Shown here: in pieces, positions 39,701 to 54,260 of the stretch | Layout: every line of letters starts with the position of its first letter | How positions within the stretch are numbered: position 1 is the stretch's first letter | Source of the DNA: Acanthaster planci | Taxonomy: Eukaryota | DNA length: 64,000 nucleotides | Direction of reading: 5' to 3' | Assembly: GCF_001949145.1 (NCBI RefSeq) | Contig: NW_019091356.1 | Location: 1,488,789 to 1,552,788 of the forward strand | Notes under the pieces: model-generated | What the model was told of the DNA's origin: nothing | The model's input: only the letters and a program-made list of their open reading frames with translations | Databases searched by the model: none | Translations under genes and position numbers: made by a program

Positions 39701-42700
39701 TAGCAGGTGGGTTTTATGCAACTGGATGAAAACTGTAGAAACCAAATACTTGGAGGCATAAAAAAAATGTAGTTTTTTTCCTGTGAGGCGTTGGTCGCAT
39801 TTTAACCTTTACAGTTAGTGTCGGCAAGAAGTGCTGCTGCGATTTTACGCGCACCTTCAACAAGCAATTGATTTGATTTCTGTAACTTTTTATGTCCATG
39901 AAAGCCACATTTTGTGTGAATATTTCTTTGGTAAATCTGTCTCAAAAAGTTTGAGAGTGATATGGAATACTTTAGAAAACCAATTTAAATTCGTTGACGG
40001 AAAACATAATCGTAGTCGTCTCAGATCACAGGAAATTTTCCCTACAGGTGAAAGTACACTGGAAGTAATGTGATGGAAAAATGTAAAATGTATATTTATG
40101 CCCGACAAAATCGTGTGCTAGCGACATCAACACCCATGCATGTTGCAACCAACCGACTTGCGGCATATAACGTGATGTGCTTTTCCTTTGCTGGTTTTGA
40201 TGTAGTTATCTCCCAGAAAAAAAAGGTTGGTCGTTACACCGACTTAAATATCAGTCTAATTACTTTTAGCGGTGTCAAACATCGCCGAAAAATTGTAATA
40301 AATGGTTTGGAACTATACTGTGAGCCCCAGTTTCTAAATTTTGCATTGACGACAATTTCACACGTCGCCTGAGATTGGTAGACAAACTCCAGAAAGGGGA
40401 AACGGTTGATTTGGACCTGGCACCTGTCGGGATGTCGAAACTTTGTTCCGCGTGGTGGGTGGAATTATTCTTTTCCAATCTACCCTACAAAACCTCTCTG
40501 TCGGGGTACATTCGTGAAGTCGTTCGGAGAATCTAAACCAGTCCTAATTTTGCAGATCTATTTCGGGTGCACTGCATGGGGATTTTTTTTCATCAAAGCG
40601 TGGGCATTATTGGAAGATCGGATAATGTCAATAACAGCCCCGTTTCCTTGAAATCGACTGTAATAATGAGGACTTCATCATTTCTAAACCACTATAGATT
40701 GGTTGTGACATTATGTCCAGCAATAATTCATTTTTTTTTCATTTACATTTACTCAATAGGGATTTAGCTCACGCCCATTCAAAGAACACAGTCGAACTTC
40801 TGGCAATGGCCTTTATCGACAAAACATTCTCTTCGTATCAGACAAAAGGAGAAGGATTGAACGTGTCATGGTTCGACTTAACAAATCTTAAATTAAACAT
40901 GCAATTACATTACAATGAGAAATATAACATTCACAAATTTCACTCGTGCCACCCAGCACAAAATTGCATTTGATTGAGACGTTACCCCGGTATGCAGTCA
41001 TGAGTGTACGGTGTATCTAACCGGGGGTGCCCCCGGAGACATGTTGCTTTTATTTATTTAAATGTTTTCCAGGAATTACAAGCGCCGGCAATCATGAAAT
41101 GCCACTACCAGTACCACTGTTCGGGGGGGGGGGGCTTAAAAAGGTGGACAGTCCTTTTGGGGAAAAAATCAATTTTTTTTCCCTATGTACCCAATACCTG
41201 GATAGGTCAGCGGGGTATGCCGTGTCGATAATTCATAATGTACATAATGTTGAGGCCAACTTTCTTTTCATTAGGTTTACCCATTGCACAGTCATAAACC
41301 TACAAGGTTTCATTACCAAAAAAGGCCTCTTGGCAATAAATCAGGTCCGCTAGTAGGCACACATGTTATATTATCTGCAAAGATTCCTCTTTCGATTAAC
41401 TCGTTGCGAAACAGCTTCATTGAGCCAGATTTATTTGCAACATGCACTACAACTCAAATCCATCATCCCACACAAGTTTAGGCTCCCACAGCTACAAAAA
41501 CACACCAAACAAAAACCACGTTGGATTGTTAATTTTTTTTTTTACTCCCATCTCCCGCGCCCTGGAGACTTGACTTTTTTAACAGAAAAAAATAGTAATC
41601 CCACTGTACGTGACCGACGTGCAAAATGCAATTAAAGTTTCATTAAGTAAGCCCCGGAAAAAAAGATTCTGTTCCCAGTTTAAAAAAAAAAGTTGGCGGC
41701 GGCAATAACACCGTTTTACCCATCAGAAATAGAGAGAGAAATGACCGAAGCGTGGGTGTGCGTGTGTGTAAGACGTGAACACCCACGCGCTGAGCGATCT
41801 CTGAGATGCGATGTTATATATACACGATGATTCCTCAGAAATCATCATGCGGAGATGCCCCCAGGGCACAGGGGACGCTACCCCGTGACCTTTCTGGGAT
41901 TAAACTCCGGAGGCTGGGTTGCGAATGGGTTGTGGAATTGTCGAACGCCACTGCTGGTGTCGTCTCGAAGACGCCGTGTCGCGTCTCGTGCCGTCGTTTG
42001 GAATATTCCACGCTGAATCAGTTCATTAATGTTTCAATGCGTTCTCTTGCGTGTGAATAACGTACGCTCGTGAGAAAATTACCAATTTGTGAGTTTGCTT
42101 GTGTTTTTTGTTTTGTTTTTAATTTGCGTACTGGTGTGAGTGTTTGCATCAGAAGCAAAAATATTTTTAAGAAAAACTATGTAAAGAAAAGTGTTGCGTA
42201 CATGATCGCAATTTGAAACTGTGCAGGGGAAGATCTGAGAATGGGATACATTTTGGAGGGAAAACCTTTAAACGGTCATGGACTTAAGAGCAAATGTTGA
42301 AATATTTGTTTAATAAGGCGACTTAGAGCAAGGATCAAAGCTTTCCCTTTGTTTTGGTTCTCAACACCATGTCAGCTTTGCATTGATGGCCTATGTGTGT
42401 ACGATACGTTGGATAATAATTATCACAAGAAAAACACCCCTAAAAGGACAAGAAAACAAAGTGCATACAAATAATAAAAATGACAACTTTTGATCAAGCA
42501 AGTTGCAGATGATCTAGCCAAAGCACCTTTGAGTCCAGGAGTGTCACTTTCACAACATACAAAACATGCGATTGGCATTGAACGAGGTTATGGGGGCGTT
42601 AGGAGTGTCAGAAGTTGGTTGCAGCAGTTGGCCGCGCCACAGCTTTTCATAGAGAGAGTTGCGACATGAGCGTTTCAATTATTGGAGCCACAATGGTGGA

Positions 42701-42721
42701 TTATGCGTCAGTGCACACGGA

Positions 42722-42957
42722 CAAGGGGGGCTGGATGCAGGAATTTAGCTGGGGGGCGGGTTCAGGCCAGAGATTTTTTTAATGTCTCAATTTTGCGGAC
42801 AAGCGGAAACAATAATTGATGAAACATTATTCATGGCATACATTGTTTACAGTGGTATCTATTGGTGCATTTACTTTAGTTATTTTGGATTATTTTCACC
42901 TTTTAAAACTTTTGTTTAGCTGGGGGGGGGGTCAACCATCCTATGGATCCGCACCTG
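42722..42957. mobile_element. MITE-like element (CAAGGG...GGATGC / GGATCCGCACCTG ends, internal TTTAGCTGGGGGG duplicated)
   Basis: Imperfect terminal inverted similarity and an internal direct repeat. Confidence 0.4.
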
Positions 42958-43409
42958 AATTAGTACACAATAGCTGCATGCCGTACTTCATATAATGAAC
43001 AGTCATTTTGGTTCCAAAGTCTGAAATTGGCGCTTGTCTTTATACATTTCTGGCCCGCACCTTTGGAAACCACCACCTGCCCTTTTTTTCCGGCTGCAAT
43101 TCAGAGGCGGCCAAACAAAAAAACACACACACAAAAATCGATTTCGACTGTAATGTCGTGTCAATACAATAATCTGATGATGTCAGGTTTTACATCATAA
43201 GTAGTAAGAAAAATGATGTGATGCGACCGGTACCGACTTCGGTTAATGACAGCATTCGACAATTAAAGGAAAATAGTTATAGACACTGTCGTTCGTGAAG
43301 TGTAAGAGAACGTAATCGGTGCAGTTTATTTCCTTGTTCAAGCAAACAATAGCCGAAAGCTATAACGGTGTGGTTGTGTTTACTGTGGCAGCTGCTAGAA
43401 ATGGCTCAC

Positions 43410-43490
43410 AAACCGGAAATAAACAATCCCAATCGGCCGCTCCAATGACGTCATACGGCCCGGGTTTGGGCCGGATGACGTCATGTATAC
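43410..43490 (+). promoter_or_regulatory. Pol II promoter-like cluster: ETS (CCGGAAAT), two CCAAT boxes, two perfect CREs
   Basis: ATGACGTCAT at 43445-43454 and 43475-43484, CCAAT at 43429 and 43442, CCGGAA at 43413, in a local CpG-rich patch. Confidence 0.65.
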
Positions 43491-43499
43491 ATTTTGCAA

Positions 43500-43837
43500 A
43501 TTGGGTTCCGTGTCACTGGTTCGCGGACTGTTCAATCGAGAGACTGAGCAGCAATTGTGAGGAACCAGTGAAATCCATGCGGCATGCATGTTGTATTTTT
43601 TTGTCCGCTGCAAAAACGTGTGCTGTATATAGTGTAATTGCATGTAATAAAATTGAATTGAGAAAACGGAGGTAGTTCATTGTGGTGTCGTGGTGTCAAC
43701 TTATTTCTCTCGAAAAACGTGGAACTTCGGCTTCTTGTTTGCGAGAAGAATGAGCCTTTGTGAAATGCCAGAAACTCAGTTCGCCAGGACAATCGTGACA
43801 GTTATGACAGTTAGATTGTCAGCATGAAAATGATTTG
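43500..43837 (+). other. Candidate first exon of a large unidentified gene (ends ATGAAAATGATTTG|gtaagt)
   Basis: Consensus donor at 43838 downstream of the promoter cluster; ATG at 43824. No further coding exon recognised in the window. The start coordinate is approximate. Confidence 0.4.
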
Positions 43838-46800
43838 GTAAGTGAAAGATTTGCTTTCTGTAAATCCCTTCTCACTGTACTTGGGTAACTGCAGTGTATG
43901 TGTAACGTTTATGCTAGTCTTGGTAGATAGAGGGCGCATTTGAATGCTAATAATCCATTTTTTGAGACAGTGATCATAATTTTGTAAAACAAAATTGTTA
44001 TCATGAGGCCACGTTCCCTGTTATCTTTGTCGGCTCGGTGACATATAGGCTATTTATCTTTAATTTAGTTTAAGATTGTTAGGCCCAATTGTCAACAGAA
44101 GAATTACATATATGTATGGTGTAGGACTAGCCCGAGGCCCTAGCCTTGGGCTTTGACCTAGAAAAAATACCTCGCAGTCACCATGGTCACCGCACGAGAT
44201 GGATGTGTTCAGATTAAGCTTTTGCAAAGCAGTTAAAGACGCTCTTTTGTGGTAAATAATTTAGGAAAGACATGATAGAGTTCTGGGACAGAGGCGAACT
44301 TCTTAAACGGACGCCGCATATTTTTCTTAACGGTCAACAATTAAGCATGTTGAGCGCAATCTTTGAAAGCACACCAAATTTAAAATTTGCTGATTTTGTG
44401 CAACCACAGACATTGCCATAAAACTTGCACACAGTGATAAAAATTGCATGGATACATGAATTGCAGGCAACAGCTGCAAGGTTTGTGCGATTTTGACGGG
44501 CCTGTTTTGCACATGATGAGGTGCTGCTTGTACAGCGGCGGATGCACGTACATGTACTCATTGGGCCAGGGCAAAGCACGTCACATCGGCCGGCTGCGAA
44601 AAATTTCACCATTCGGGCATTTGGATGAATATTGCCACATGAGAGCAATTAAATCCCCGTCGGCATTTAATTCAGACTGCTTCCCTCTGAAAATAATTCC
44701 TTTTGAGAGCTACTAAATTCCCCTGTTGACATTTAATTCAGAAAATTGTTGCAGTAAAAAGTAGGATCCTAGTCAAAATAAACTTAGAGAAAAGAACCGT
44801 TTTGAAATGACCTCCAAAACTTCTAGTTTATACTTGAATCCTAGCCTTTACTTGAGGCAACAGTTTCCCAGCTTGACTGGTGCCAGACAGCTTGAGGGTC
44901 GAAGGGAATGGAATCCCCGCATCCCCGCACCTGACTGGCACCTGCCGGGCCCGGTCGAACGGTAATCATCATGACTCCCTTTAATAGTCGCACAGTTTGA
45001 GGCACAAAAATTGTGCATGTTCAAAGATTACGCTCAACATTATGCATTAAAATATGCACAACCTAATAAAAATTGCTCAAGGAAAATTGCGCATTTTTCA
45101 TAAATTTAAAATTTGTGCACTTTCAATGATTGCGCTGAACAAGCATCTGAAATATGACCAAAAAAGTCAAAATTAGCTTGGAAAATACCAGTTATTCGCG
45201 TAGAAAACACAATTTGACCTACTAGTCTCATAGGGTTTGTGCGCAGGGTGTCAAGTGGCGTCTGTATAGAACTTGTTACCAAATCTACAAACCTGTTGAT
45301 TCTGCTGTCACAGTTGATTGCTTAGTTTTTATTTCTTATTCATGACCGGGGAAGATTGGTTTTAAAAAGGGGGCATGAAATCAGAGACTACCCCTAGACT
45401 ACATGTACATGTATACATGGAAAGTATGGGACTCCTTGGGATTGTCTGACACTCTTTCAAGGAGTGACCTATATGTGTAGTGTGGAACTTAAATTGTATA
45501 GCACATCCATCATTTGTGGTAAACTTTACCCATGAATGATAAATAACACAGCCTTTTTGATTTCTAGCATAGCCTACAAATTAAAACAATGCATGCTGCA
45601 TGTACATGTAAATTGCAAATTTACTTACCAGTACAGTTGAAAAGCACATGATGCCATAAGAATCCTTGGAAATTAGCCCCATGCTGATGCCAAGATATGG
45701 TAGGATTCCATCAAGTCCACCAGTACTCTGGACTATTTGAGAAGCGTTGGGGTATTCTGGGCCCCAACTTGTCTTTAGTTTACTGTACGTCATGCAAAAT
45801 TGACCGACAGTGAGACTTGAATGCCATTCCCTCATGATCAGTGAGACTGATTCATTGCACATGTTCTTCACAAAGCCAGGTTGTCCACTTTCAGGCATGG
45901 GTGAGTCTCTGTAAGCTTGAGAATTTCAGAAACCTGAGAAGGTCCCTCGATAAATTTTCCTCTAAGAGAAATTTGTAGTTACAGAGCAGGAAACTAATGC
46001 TTTAGCAGAGCCAAATGACTTGAAAGGAAAAGCAGGATTCCATTTGGAAATGTTAATCGTCACCTTTTGGCTTTTTCGGTAAGACTTAAAGAATGTATTC
46101 TGAATGAGTGTCTTTCCCTTGCACATGCTGTGTAATGATGTTTATGAAAGTGTGAACTGCGTACTAGAGGTTTCCATCAATGAATTGGTAAATTGGTAAA
46201 TCGTTAAACATCAAATCTACTAGAACATTATATGTTACAATTTACATGTACTTGGAGCGCTGTTCCAGACAATATCTTTGAATGTACCGTTGCCTAAAGG
46301 TATTTAGCAGACTTTGAGTTGGTTTGAAATGTTGATCTCAATATTACGCTATGTTGTGTGATTTCTCTTTGCCCAACGGTTCAAAGTGCTTTACATGTAC
46401 ACCAATTCTGACTAAATAAACAGGTGATTTCTCTCACATGTCACAGCATGTTGAGCTGTCTAACTTTATAAAAGAAGTGCCAAACGTCGTGCTCATGCTT
46501 GAGTGCATGAAGTGGCAGCCTGATGCCTAGCATGTCTGCGTGTACCGCATGCGCAGTTGGAAAAATAGAAAATTACCAACTTTACAAAGTCAGATTAGAA
46601 TTTAGAACCTGTCTGTAATATTCAAATTACTGTACATGCAAATTAACATGAAAGTACTACACAGAGAAAAATATCTGACATTGATAGAAATTCTGGTACA
46701 CATATGAATGCATAACTCTAATCATTTTCAGTACAGTATGATTTAATCAGATTGAAATCTATAGACCCTGTGTGCCCAGAATCCTTTTCAATGTTTTTTT

Positions 46801-49800
46801 TTTAATTATTGCCTGAAAAATTAGATTATCACAAACTTTAAAGTATTAATCAACATAAATGACATTTATTTGCAATAACTTTTATATAATAGCTCAGTGT
46901 TATTCTCTAGTTCTGTGTTTACCAGAATAAAAAGTTAATCTTGCTTTCAATTAAACGTAGTGGACTTGTGAATAAGGCCAGTTGCGTACATGTATTTGCA
47001 ATTTCCGTACATGTAGGGATTTAGGGTTGAGGTTAATTTTTGATGGTGTAACAGGTGCCACACTGTTGGCTAACGCCGGTCACACCCTCTAGTTGTAATG
47101 GAATAAGCTACCTACATGTACATGGACAGTACATTGAATATCCCTGACCACTGCTTGTAACTGGTTTTGGGGGGTATTCCCATTATTTTAATGAAACGGG
47201 GGAGGGTTAGAATGAGCTTGTGGTTCTTTCATGGAACTACAGTCTCTGTACAGTGTAACGTACCAGAACATGATATATACATGATCATGTACATGTACAT
47301 AGGTAGGCTACCTCCAGTTCTTGTGACTAACACTTTATTGAATACATGTACATGTACAAAGCAAACAACATTCATTAAGCACTGAAGATTTCTTGTAAAA
47401 CCAGAGTTTGATTTTAAAATTTCATGCATGCATTGATGTACCAGAGTAAATGTGCTGACTTGTTGAATGAAGTACCTAGGTTTATAAAATGTGTGTAACA
47501 GAGCAATCTTACCAGTGGTTGGTTTTACCTGTCCTAAATAAAATATTAATTAAAATCAAACAATTGTAGTTTTGAACCTCAAATCATTTACATGTACCGG
47601 TGCATGTACATGTACATGTAACCTGCTTTGAACACATGACATGTTGTTTGCTTACATTTGTTGTTGAAATAAATGAGATGTCAGCTTGCATTGTTAACAT
47701 AACCATTTCCCAGCTTCCACATGTTATTCATTTAGGCATTAAATAATGCACATGTACATGTACATGTACCTTAATGAGGTAAATAAAATTCAAACAGTAA
47801 TTCCCATTAGTACATTATGAAAACGTTCCTGTATCAAAAAACAGGGAGTGTTTCGATTTGAGGATTTTCCTTGGAATATAGCTACTCGCAAATTGTCCTT
47901 TTGGAATAAAAGTAACGGACTGATGAAAAATTGAAAATGTTTGCATAAGAATAATCAGGTTCAGATTGCACACCCAGCGTAGCCACATGATCATTTGTAC
48001 ATTGACTTAATGAATTGATGCACTTGCTCGACAATGGACAAGTTGGGTACTTGTACATGTACCATACATGTACATGTAGGTCAGTCCTAGGTCACCCTGC
48101 TAAGCCTTTTCTTTCCAGATTCCTGTAACAGTAATCCATTGGTTTGTGAGGTCGGGATGACATGTGCAGCCAAGTGTGAAATTAACTTGGACTCTTCCCT
48201 CACTTATTAGGAAAGAAGCCACCATGATGTGGATATTTATTATTTTACATGGAAAATACGAGAATGTGCAGTACCATCGCTGAAAGAGTGTTCCAGTGGG
48301 CTTTTTTTCATGGTGTTGCTCTGTCAAAAGAGTGCAGATATCCAAATTCCCATTGCCTTTCTTCAGTGATATTCTTCATCAAACACTTTACAGTCCTCCA
48401 TGGAAGAGGAAGATGAACTTGTTGCTTAGAGGAGGTTTTTTGTGGATGTATGTCTAAGAGATGCATTTCTTTAAGTTAACATTTCTAGCACATACGGTAA
48501 TTGAAGCATTTGTTTATTTGAGTCAATGCTTATTAAGATGGGATTGGGAACGTTAACTTTGATGCACCTCAAGAAGTTCATTTAGTATGTGCGGTGTTTT
48601 CGTGTCTCTACATATGTTCTGGGAGAAACAGTGCTTCAGAATTCTCATCTCCTTTCCAAACCGTAAAGGCAACAAAGTTGTAGCCATGATTTGAACATAC
48701 ATTTAAATGTATAATGAGCCAAATCAGTCAGAAATTGCAGAATTCCCCTTGCGGACAGGCCCTACCAGAAGACAACCCATACATGTAAACACCTGGACTG
48801 GACAAATCACCAGCTTCAGACTGAGGAGGAGCTACAGTGATGGGAGGGGCTTGGATCATGAATAAACATGACGGTTGTTGGCAAAATCGGATCCAGGACC
48901 AAATTTTGGAGGAAATTTTTATAAGTAGCCTTTTATGGCCTAGGGATGAGGCTTCATCAGAGGGTTTCTTCACGCTCGACCAACAACATCCCTCTGCTGT
49001 TATTATACGGTTCCTTGGAGGCGCGGCATAGCTCTGTTACCTCCTTATCAGATCCACCATTGATTGTTGGGATAGATGAGGTGATTTAGCCATCCTGTGG
49101 TGAAGTCTAAGAAATTTCAAATAACTGCAAAAAAGATGGATAAATTCTTTTCAAGTAATTAAAATGAAAAGGAACTGAATGACAGATGTGCATGTACATA
49201 CATGCTGACCTCCACCATTCTTTTAAAGTTGGTACGCGTGCTCTCATCTTTCACTGCATCTGAAAACACTCCTCTCATTTCGCTAAAAGTTGTCAATTGT
49301 TCAGAGTGTGCTTTTGTGGTATTGTTCACGTACCAAGGACATTGTACGTGTATTGTGTTTCAACTGAGAAGAAAACTCTTGGGCAGTTAAAGAACCCTAC
49401 ACTTTCCACCTGGAAGAAATGCATTGTAATTATGTTATGAAATAGCGCTCTCAAGCACCAGTGCAGAGGGTTGATAGCCATCAATTTCCCTGTGCATTTC
49501 ATGACATTTTTGTTTGACTCCCCCCTTCATGATTTCCTAACAGTGAGAGATTGCTCCCATAATCGAAGGACCTTGTGGTGATACATGGACATGTACCTTA
49601 CATCTACACAACACGAGCTGAATGTTCTTTAAGGTGCTGCGTAGATATTGTGAACGTAACAAACGACTAAGGCAGCTGCAGTTGAAATTAATAACAGGAT
49701 CCCAAATTACTGTCTATGAGCATTTGATTCACAAGGAGAAAGGAGATCAGATATTCATGCAATACATTTTTGTCGTCCATACTGGCAAGTTTTGATCATT

Positions 49801-49926
49801 TGTCTGTGATTTGCCGTCTTTGGGAGACTCTGAACCGGCCAGAGCCCGGGATGCGTTGTGATTATGCATATTACCCGCTCCCTGCGACCCGTACTCACCC
49901 AGCAGCAAAGGGCTAGTGTTGTGGTT

Positions 49927-49940
49927 GTTGCCGTGGCAAC
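49927..49940. promoter_or_regulatory. RFX X-box-like palindrome GTTGCCGTGGCAAC
   Basis: One substitution from the palindromic X-box GTTGCCATGGCAAC, within a CpG-rich patch (about 49830-49995). Confidence 0.45.
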
Positions 49941-52900
49941 ATACTGGGTAATCGTTTGCGCGGGCTGGGATATTTAATGAGCGGGGCCCGAGCCTGAATC
50001 TACATGTACATCCTGTGTCCATATACATTTTGGGTGATCATTTGTGACTGTTTGGAATTCTAGCTTCCCAAGTCTTTTCTAGACATACTTGTATCATGAC
50101 AGTTACCGGTACATGTAGCACAAATTGATTGAGGAACAAGGAGTTAGAAATTGTCTAACGTTGATTTTAAAAAATAGAAAAGAAAATAATTACCGTTACA
50201 GTTGCAAATGTTATCTTGAATGTAACAAATTTTAAAAAAATGCGTGTGGCTTCTGTGTGTGCTCCAATTTTTGGTTAGATTGGAATTTGCAAACTTGCCG
50301 TGAATTTGTATTCTTGAAGAAAATCCTGGCAATACTGTAAGTTAATTTGCTGCTCATGTACATGTACATGTATGCATTTATTGGCTGCATGATATATGAT
50401 GTAATGTGTACTACATACCCAATGGCTACACTGCTTATGTACATGCTCATGCACAGTTCCATGTGCAGTTTACAGTGCACATGTACATGTATGTGGTGCT
50501 TGCACATGCATGTGCTCTACTTATGCAGTGAAGGACAGTTTCTGCAGCTGGGTATCACTGGTGTGGCACATATACAGCTGCTCGTCACCCAAATCATTAA
50601 TTAATGACATCAATCAAATTGGATATTTCCCCTTGCACTTTAACCAGTGAATATTTATAAATCAATTGCCAGTACACTGGCCAATGAATGAGTGGGCTCT
50701 TCCAGGAATGCCCGCCCACACACAGCGGTGTGTGATGGTACTGCTAATGGCAATAATTTATCAACATTGCAGTTGTCGGGCTCTCACAGATGGCTAGAGT
50801 TGAGTTCCGCCAGTATACATGTATGGATACCCCATTTTTCTGCTGTCATTTTTGAACTTTTCCTTTTGTTTGTGCCAATTGTGAAATATTGTGGCTGCAA
50901 CTCAGGAAGACTTTAACCTGTAATAATTGAATGGCAGTGAAGTCTGTTAATAACATAAGTGAACGGTACAACATACATGTACCTTTTTTGGGGGGGGATC
51001 ATTTTAGGTTTCATTTTCTGGCTAGAGTAAGTTTATTTGTGGGAGAATAAAAAAATATCTGCAGGCATCCTAATGAAACATTGCATTTGTATGAAAGTCT
51101 TTGAGGATGTTTTTCTGTCCAATTGTCTCTTGTGAGTTGGTGTTTTATTGCAGTCACCACTCAAGTACCGGTACAGTAGTCTTTCTGATTTGAATGGAGT
51201 GGTCTCTTTTGTACTGCATACATGTAGCTCCAAACTTGAAAATATACGGTCCATATTATATAACAGTAATAGCTCTTGCAAGAGTCTTGGAATTCCATCT
51301 GAAGCTCTCAAAATGTCTTCCCGCCTTTATGGAGTGGCGCCCTCAAGCGACACGTCTGAGATCAATTTACGGATTCCTGGGCAACTGTTGTGAACAATGA
51401 TGGAGGACTCCCCGACTATTTCGGCTTTCCTTGTGCCCAAAGTCCAGACAAATTTAAACTGACAAAGTCGGCTCTCGTTTAACCTCATCTCCAGTCTTTT
51501 TTACAGTTGCAATTTATTTACTTTTTTTTTTAACATCTCTTTTGCTGCTGCTGTCCATCCTTGACATTTTTACTTCCCCCACACTGACCTTTTCTCTGAG
51601 CTCACTTTTTTTTATATCCTCTCTCCATTTCTCTTCTCTCTCAGCACGCTGGCACACACATAGGATCGTGTAGCTGTAATTCTCCATTCAAGGACTTCAA
51701 CCCACTCAGTTGCAGTGAGCTGGTAAAGGTTACATGTGCATGCATGTGCCCTGCGCTGGGGAAACTCTCAACAGGACCCAAGCCAGGCTGTGGAACTGAC
51801 CGGCCTCACCAGTGGCTGGGCTGGCTGGAGCAGACAGCAAGCAGAGTGGACAGGGAACACTAAATGAGAAGATCGGGTGTAGGGGTCATTAGATCTGGTG
51901 TGACGGACAGCCAGACAAAGAGGGGGACAGCAGATGCTGGCTGTCATTCATGGTTTTACAGCTGTGCGTATTCAGAAAACATCGCTCTTCCCACAGGTGA
52001 GAAAAAATTTCAGCACACTCTTTGATTTTATTAATTTGCCTTTTTTCCCCCTCAATTTGTGCTAAATTTTTTTTTTTGCAGTTTTCACATTTCACATCGT
52101 TAGAAAGCCGTTAGTGTGTTAACTTTGAGCGTCATTCATTTTTGTATTCAGGACTTAATTTACACTGGGTGTAATTGAAGTTAAATTGAAGGGAATGGAT
52201 GATGGTGTTGGATGACTTGTATCTGTGTTTCTTAATGGTTTGAGGTCTAACTGGTTGTATGGTACATGTACGTGAGGTTGGTATGTTAAAGATTATTGAG
52301 GAACAGAAAAACAAAAACTTTTGTTACTTTGGATGAAGCTCACAGTTCCTTAGAATTCAATTTAAACTGAAGTGAAATTATTCAAGTCAGGTCAGATGTG
52401 GCAGATGTGTTGTTAACTTTGCACAACTTCAATTTGTTCAGATCTGGTACAGTCATCAAATTATTGATTAGAAAACCCAAAACTTTAACCTACATATATG
52501 TAAAGTGTGAGTGGATATGAAACTTACAAGCCTGCGCCCAAATGAGAATCCCAAATACCCCATACCAGAAACCCCCCTTCCCCCAAATGCTTGCAAATAT
52601 CAGTATCCCATTAACTGCAGTAAAAGAATTTTCCAGCAAGAGTTAAATACATTTATTTAACCGCATTCTGAATTCCGGCCAGACTCTGCACGGTTAGGGA
52701 AACCACAAGCCGCTGAAACACACCAAGTAGCTAGCTGACGCAAGTTGGCTGCTGTCACATTTAGGTGCTATGCATGCCGCTATGTAGACTGACTATTTTC
52801 ATCCATTGCCCTAATAGAATTAGCCTCTCCCCTGGATTTCTTTCTGAGGTTCCCAAACTACCATAGCTTAAGTGCATGTGGCCATGGCATACCGGTACAT

Positions 52901-53999
52901 GTACCTGTGCTCACATGCACAATTCACCACATGCACTATTATTTACATACATGTACTCTGTGTTATCTGTTTTGGGGGTCGAGACCGACAAATTGTTGTT
53001 TTCAGAATAGAACCAACGGGGAGCATGAGTGATTCATACTGCCGAAGAAAGTTGTGATGTGGTTTCTCTTTGCTTTTAACAAAACAGTTTATTGAAATTC
53101 CACATTTTACCATGAATGCTTTGGTCACATGGCATGTTATTGAACTATCAATGGGCAGATTTTTTGATTTTGAAAGATGGGTCTTTGTTCCAATTTCACT
53201 GCCAAAAAGGAACGTTTCGACTAAAATTGTTGACGAAATTACATGTAACTGCAGTCTTCTCTATCCATATAAAATTTGTTCTTTTCTGTACAAAAATGAA
53301 AGAAACATCTTTAAATGGAGGCAAAGTCTGTCAAATTCTGAAATGTGATAAGCTCGTGTCCTTTAGTTTTCAAAAGTCCCCACGGATTCTCTCAAATCAA
53401 ATGTAATTATCCAGTGTCAAGTCACAAACCATTCAAGAGAACTTCGCCAAAGGCTTTCCTTTGTTGTTGTTCATACATGTACATGTATGTGTGCTCATGT
53501 CACAAACAGTGTGATTTGATGTGTGGCAAAATTTGCCACAGCTCAGGCAAATATCACAAAGACACATGATCTTGTTGCCCATGTTTAGGGTCCCGAAATG
53601 TGTATTGTAGGACTCATGTACATGTAACAGTTACTGTGGGGATCACAGGTAGGTATGTATAAACTGTATTGGGAAGTTCCCATATCGCCACCCTGATCAG
53701 AATAAAATCTTTCCCAAAGAAAGATCCTGTACCCATTTACAGTACATTGCATACATTCATTGATAGTGCTTCCTGTGTTTCAATAATGGGGTGTGCATTT
53801 TCCAAACCACTCTACAGTGTGGGTGTGCATGTTCCTTTATCAGTTTGACCAACACAGGATATAATCCCGATGTCATTCAGGGGTTAAGTACATGTACATG
53901 AAGAAAAATACATGGGATTTTTATTTGCCAACTAAAAAAAAATGTGTGTTGACTGTGACATAGTACTTCATGCTTCAATTTTTATCACTTTTATTTGAT

Positions 54000-54260
54000 G
54001 GGTTGGTCCATGACGTTGGGGCACAATTTGTGATGGCGTCCTTGTTACATGGGTACCTTTTACCACCTGTCGTGACCTGTAGAGTAGGCCCTTTACTCTG
54101 CAAAAATGACACACACCTCTGTAGTCTGCCTTGCAAGATGTATTAACAATGTCAAGTTGGAATCCACATGCAGGGAAATTCGTGTAGCTGTTCCTTTTTA
54201 CAGAACCCATGTAATAACTGACACCATCACAAATTGTGCCCCAGCCTCATGGAATGACCC
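54000..54260. mobile_element. Second, more diverged copy of the same MITE family
   Basis: Same TIR core GGGCACAATTTGTGATGG...CCATCACAAATTGTGCCC...GGAATGACCC, shared internal AACAATGTCAA...GAATCCAC.TGCAGGG, and near-identical length. Confidence 0.8.

Noticed and set aside
50232..50604. Met/Tyr/His/Cys-rich ORFs (also 60323-60556 and 63042-63404)
   Set aside because: These are translations of TACATG repeats, not proteins.
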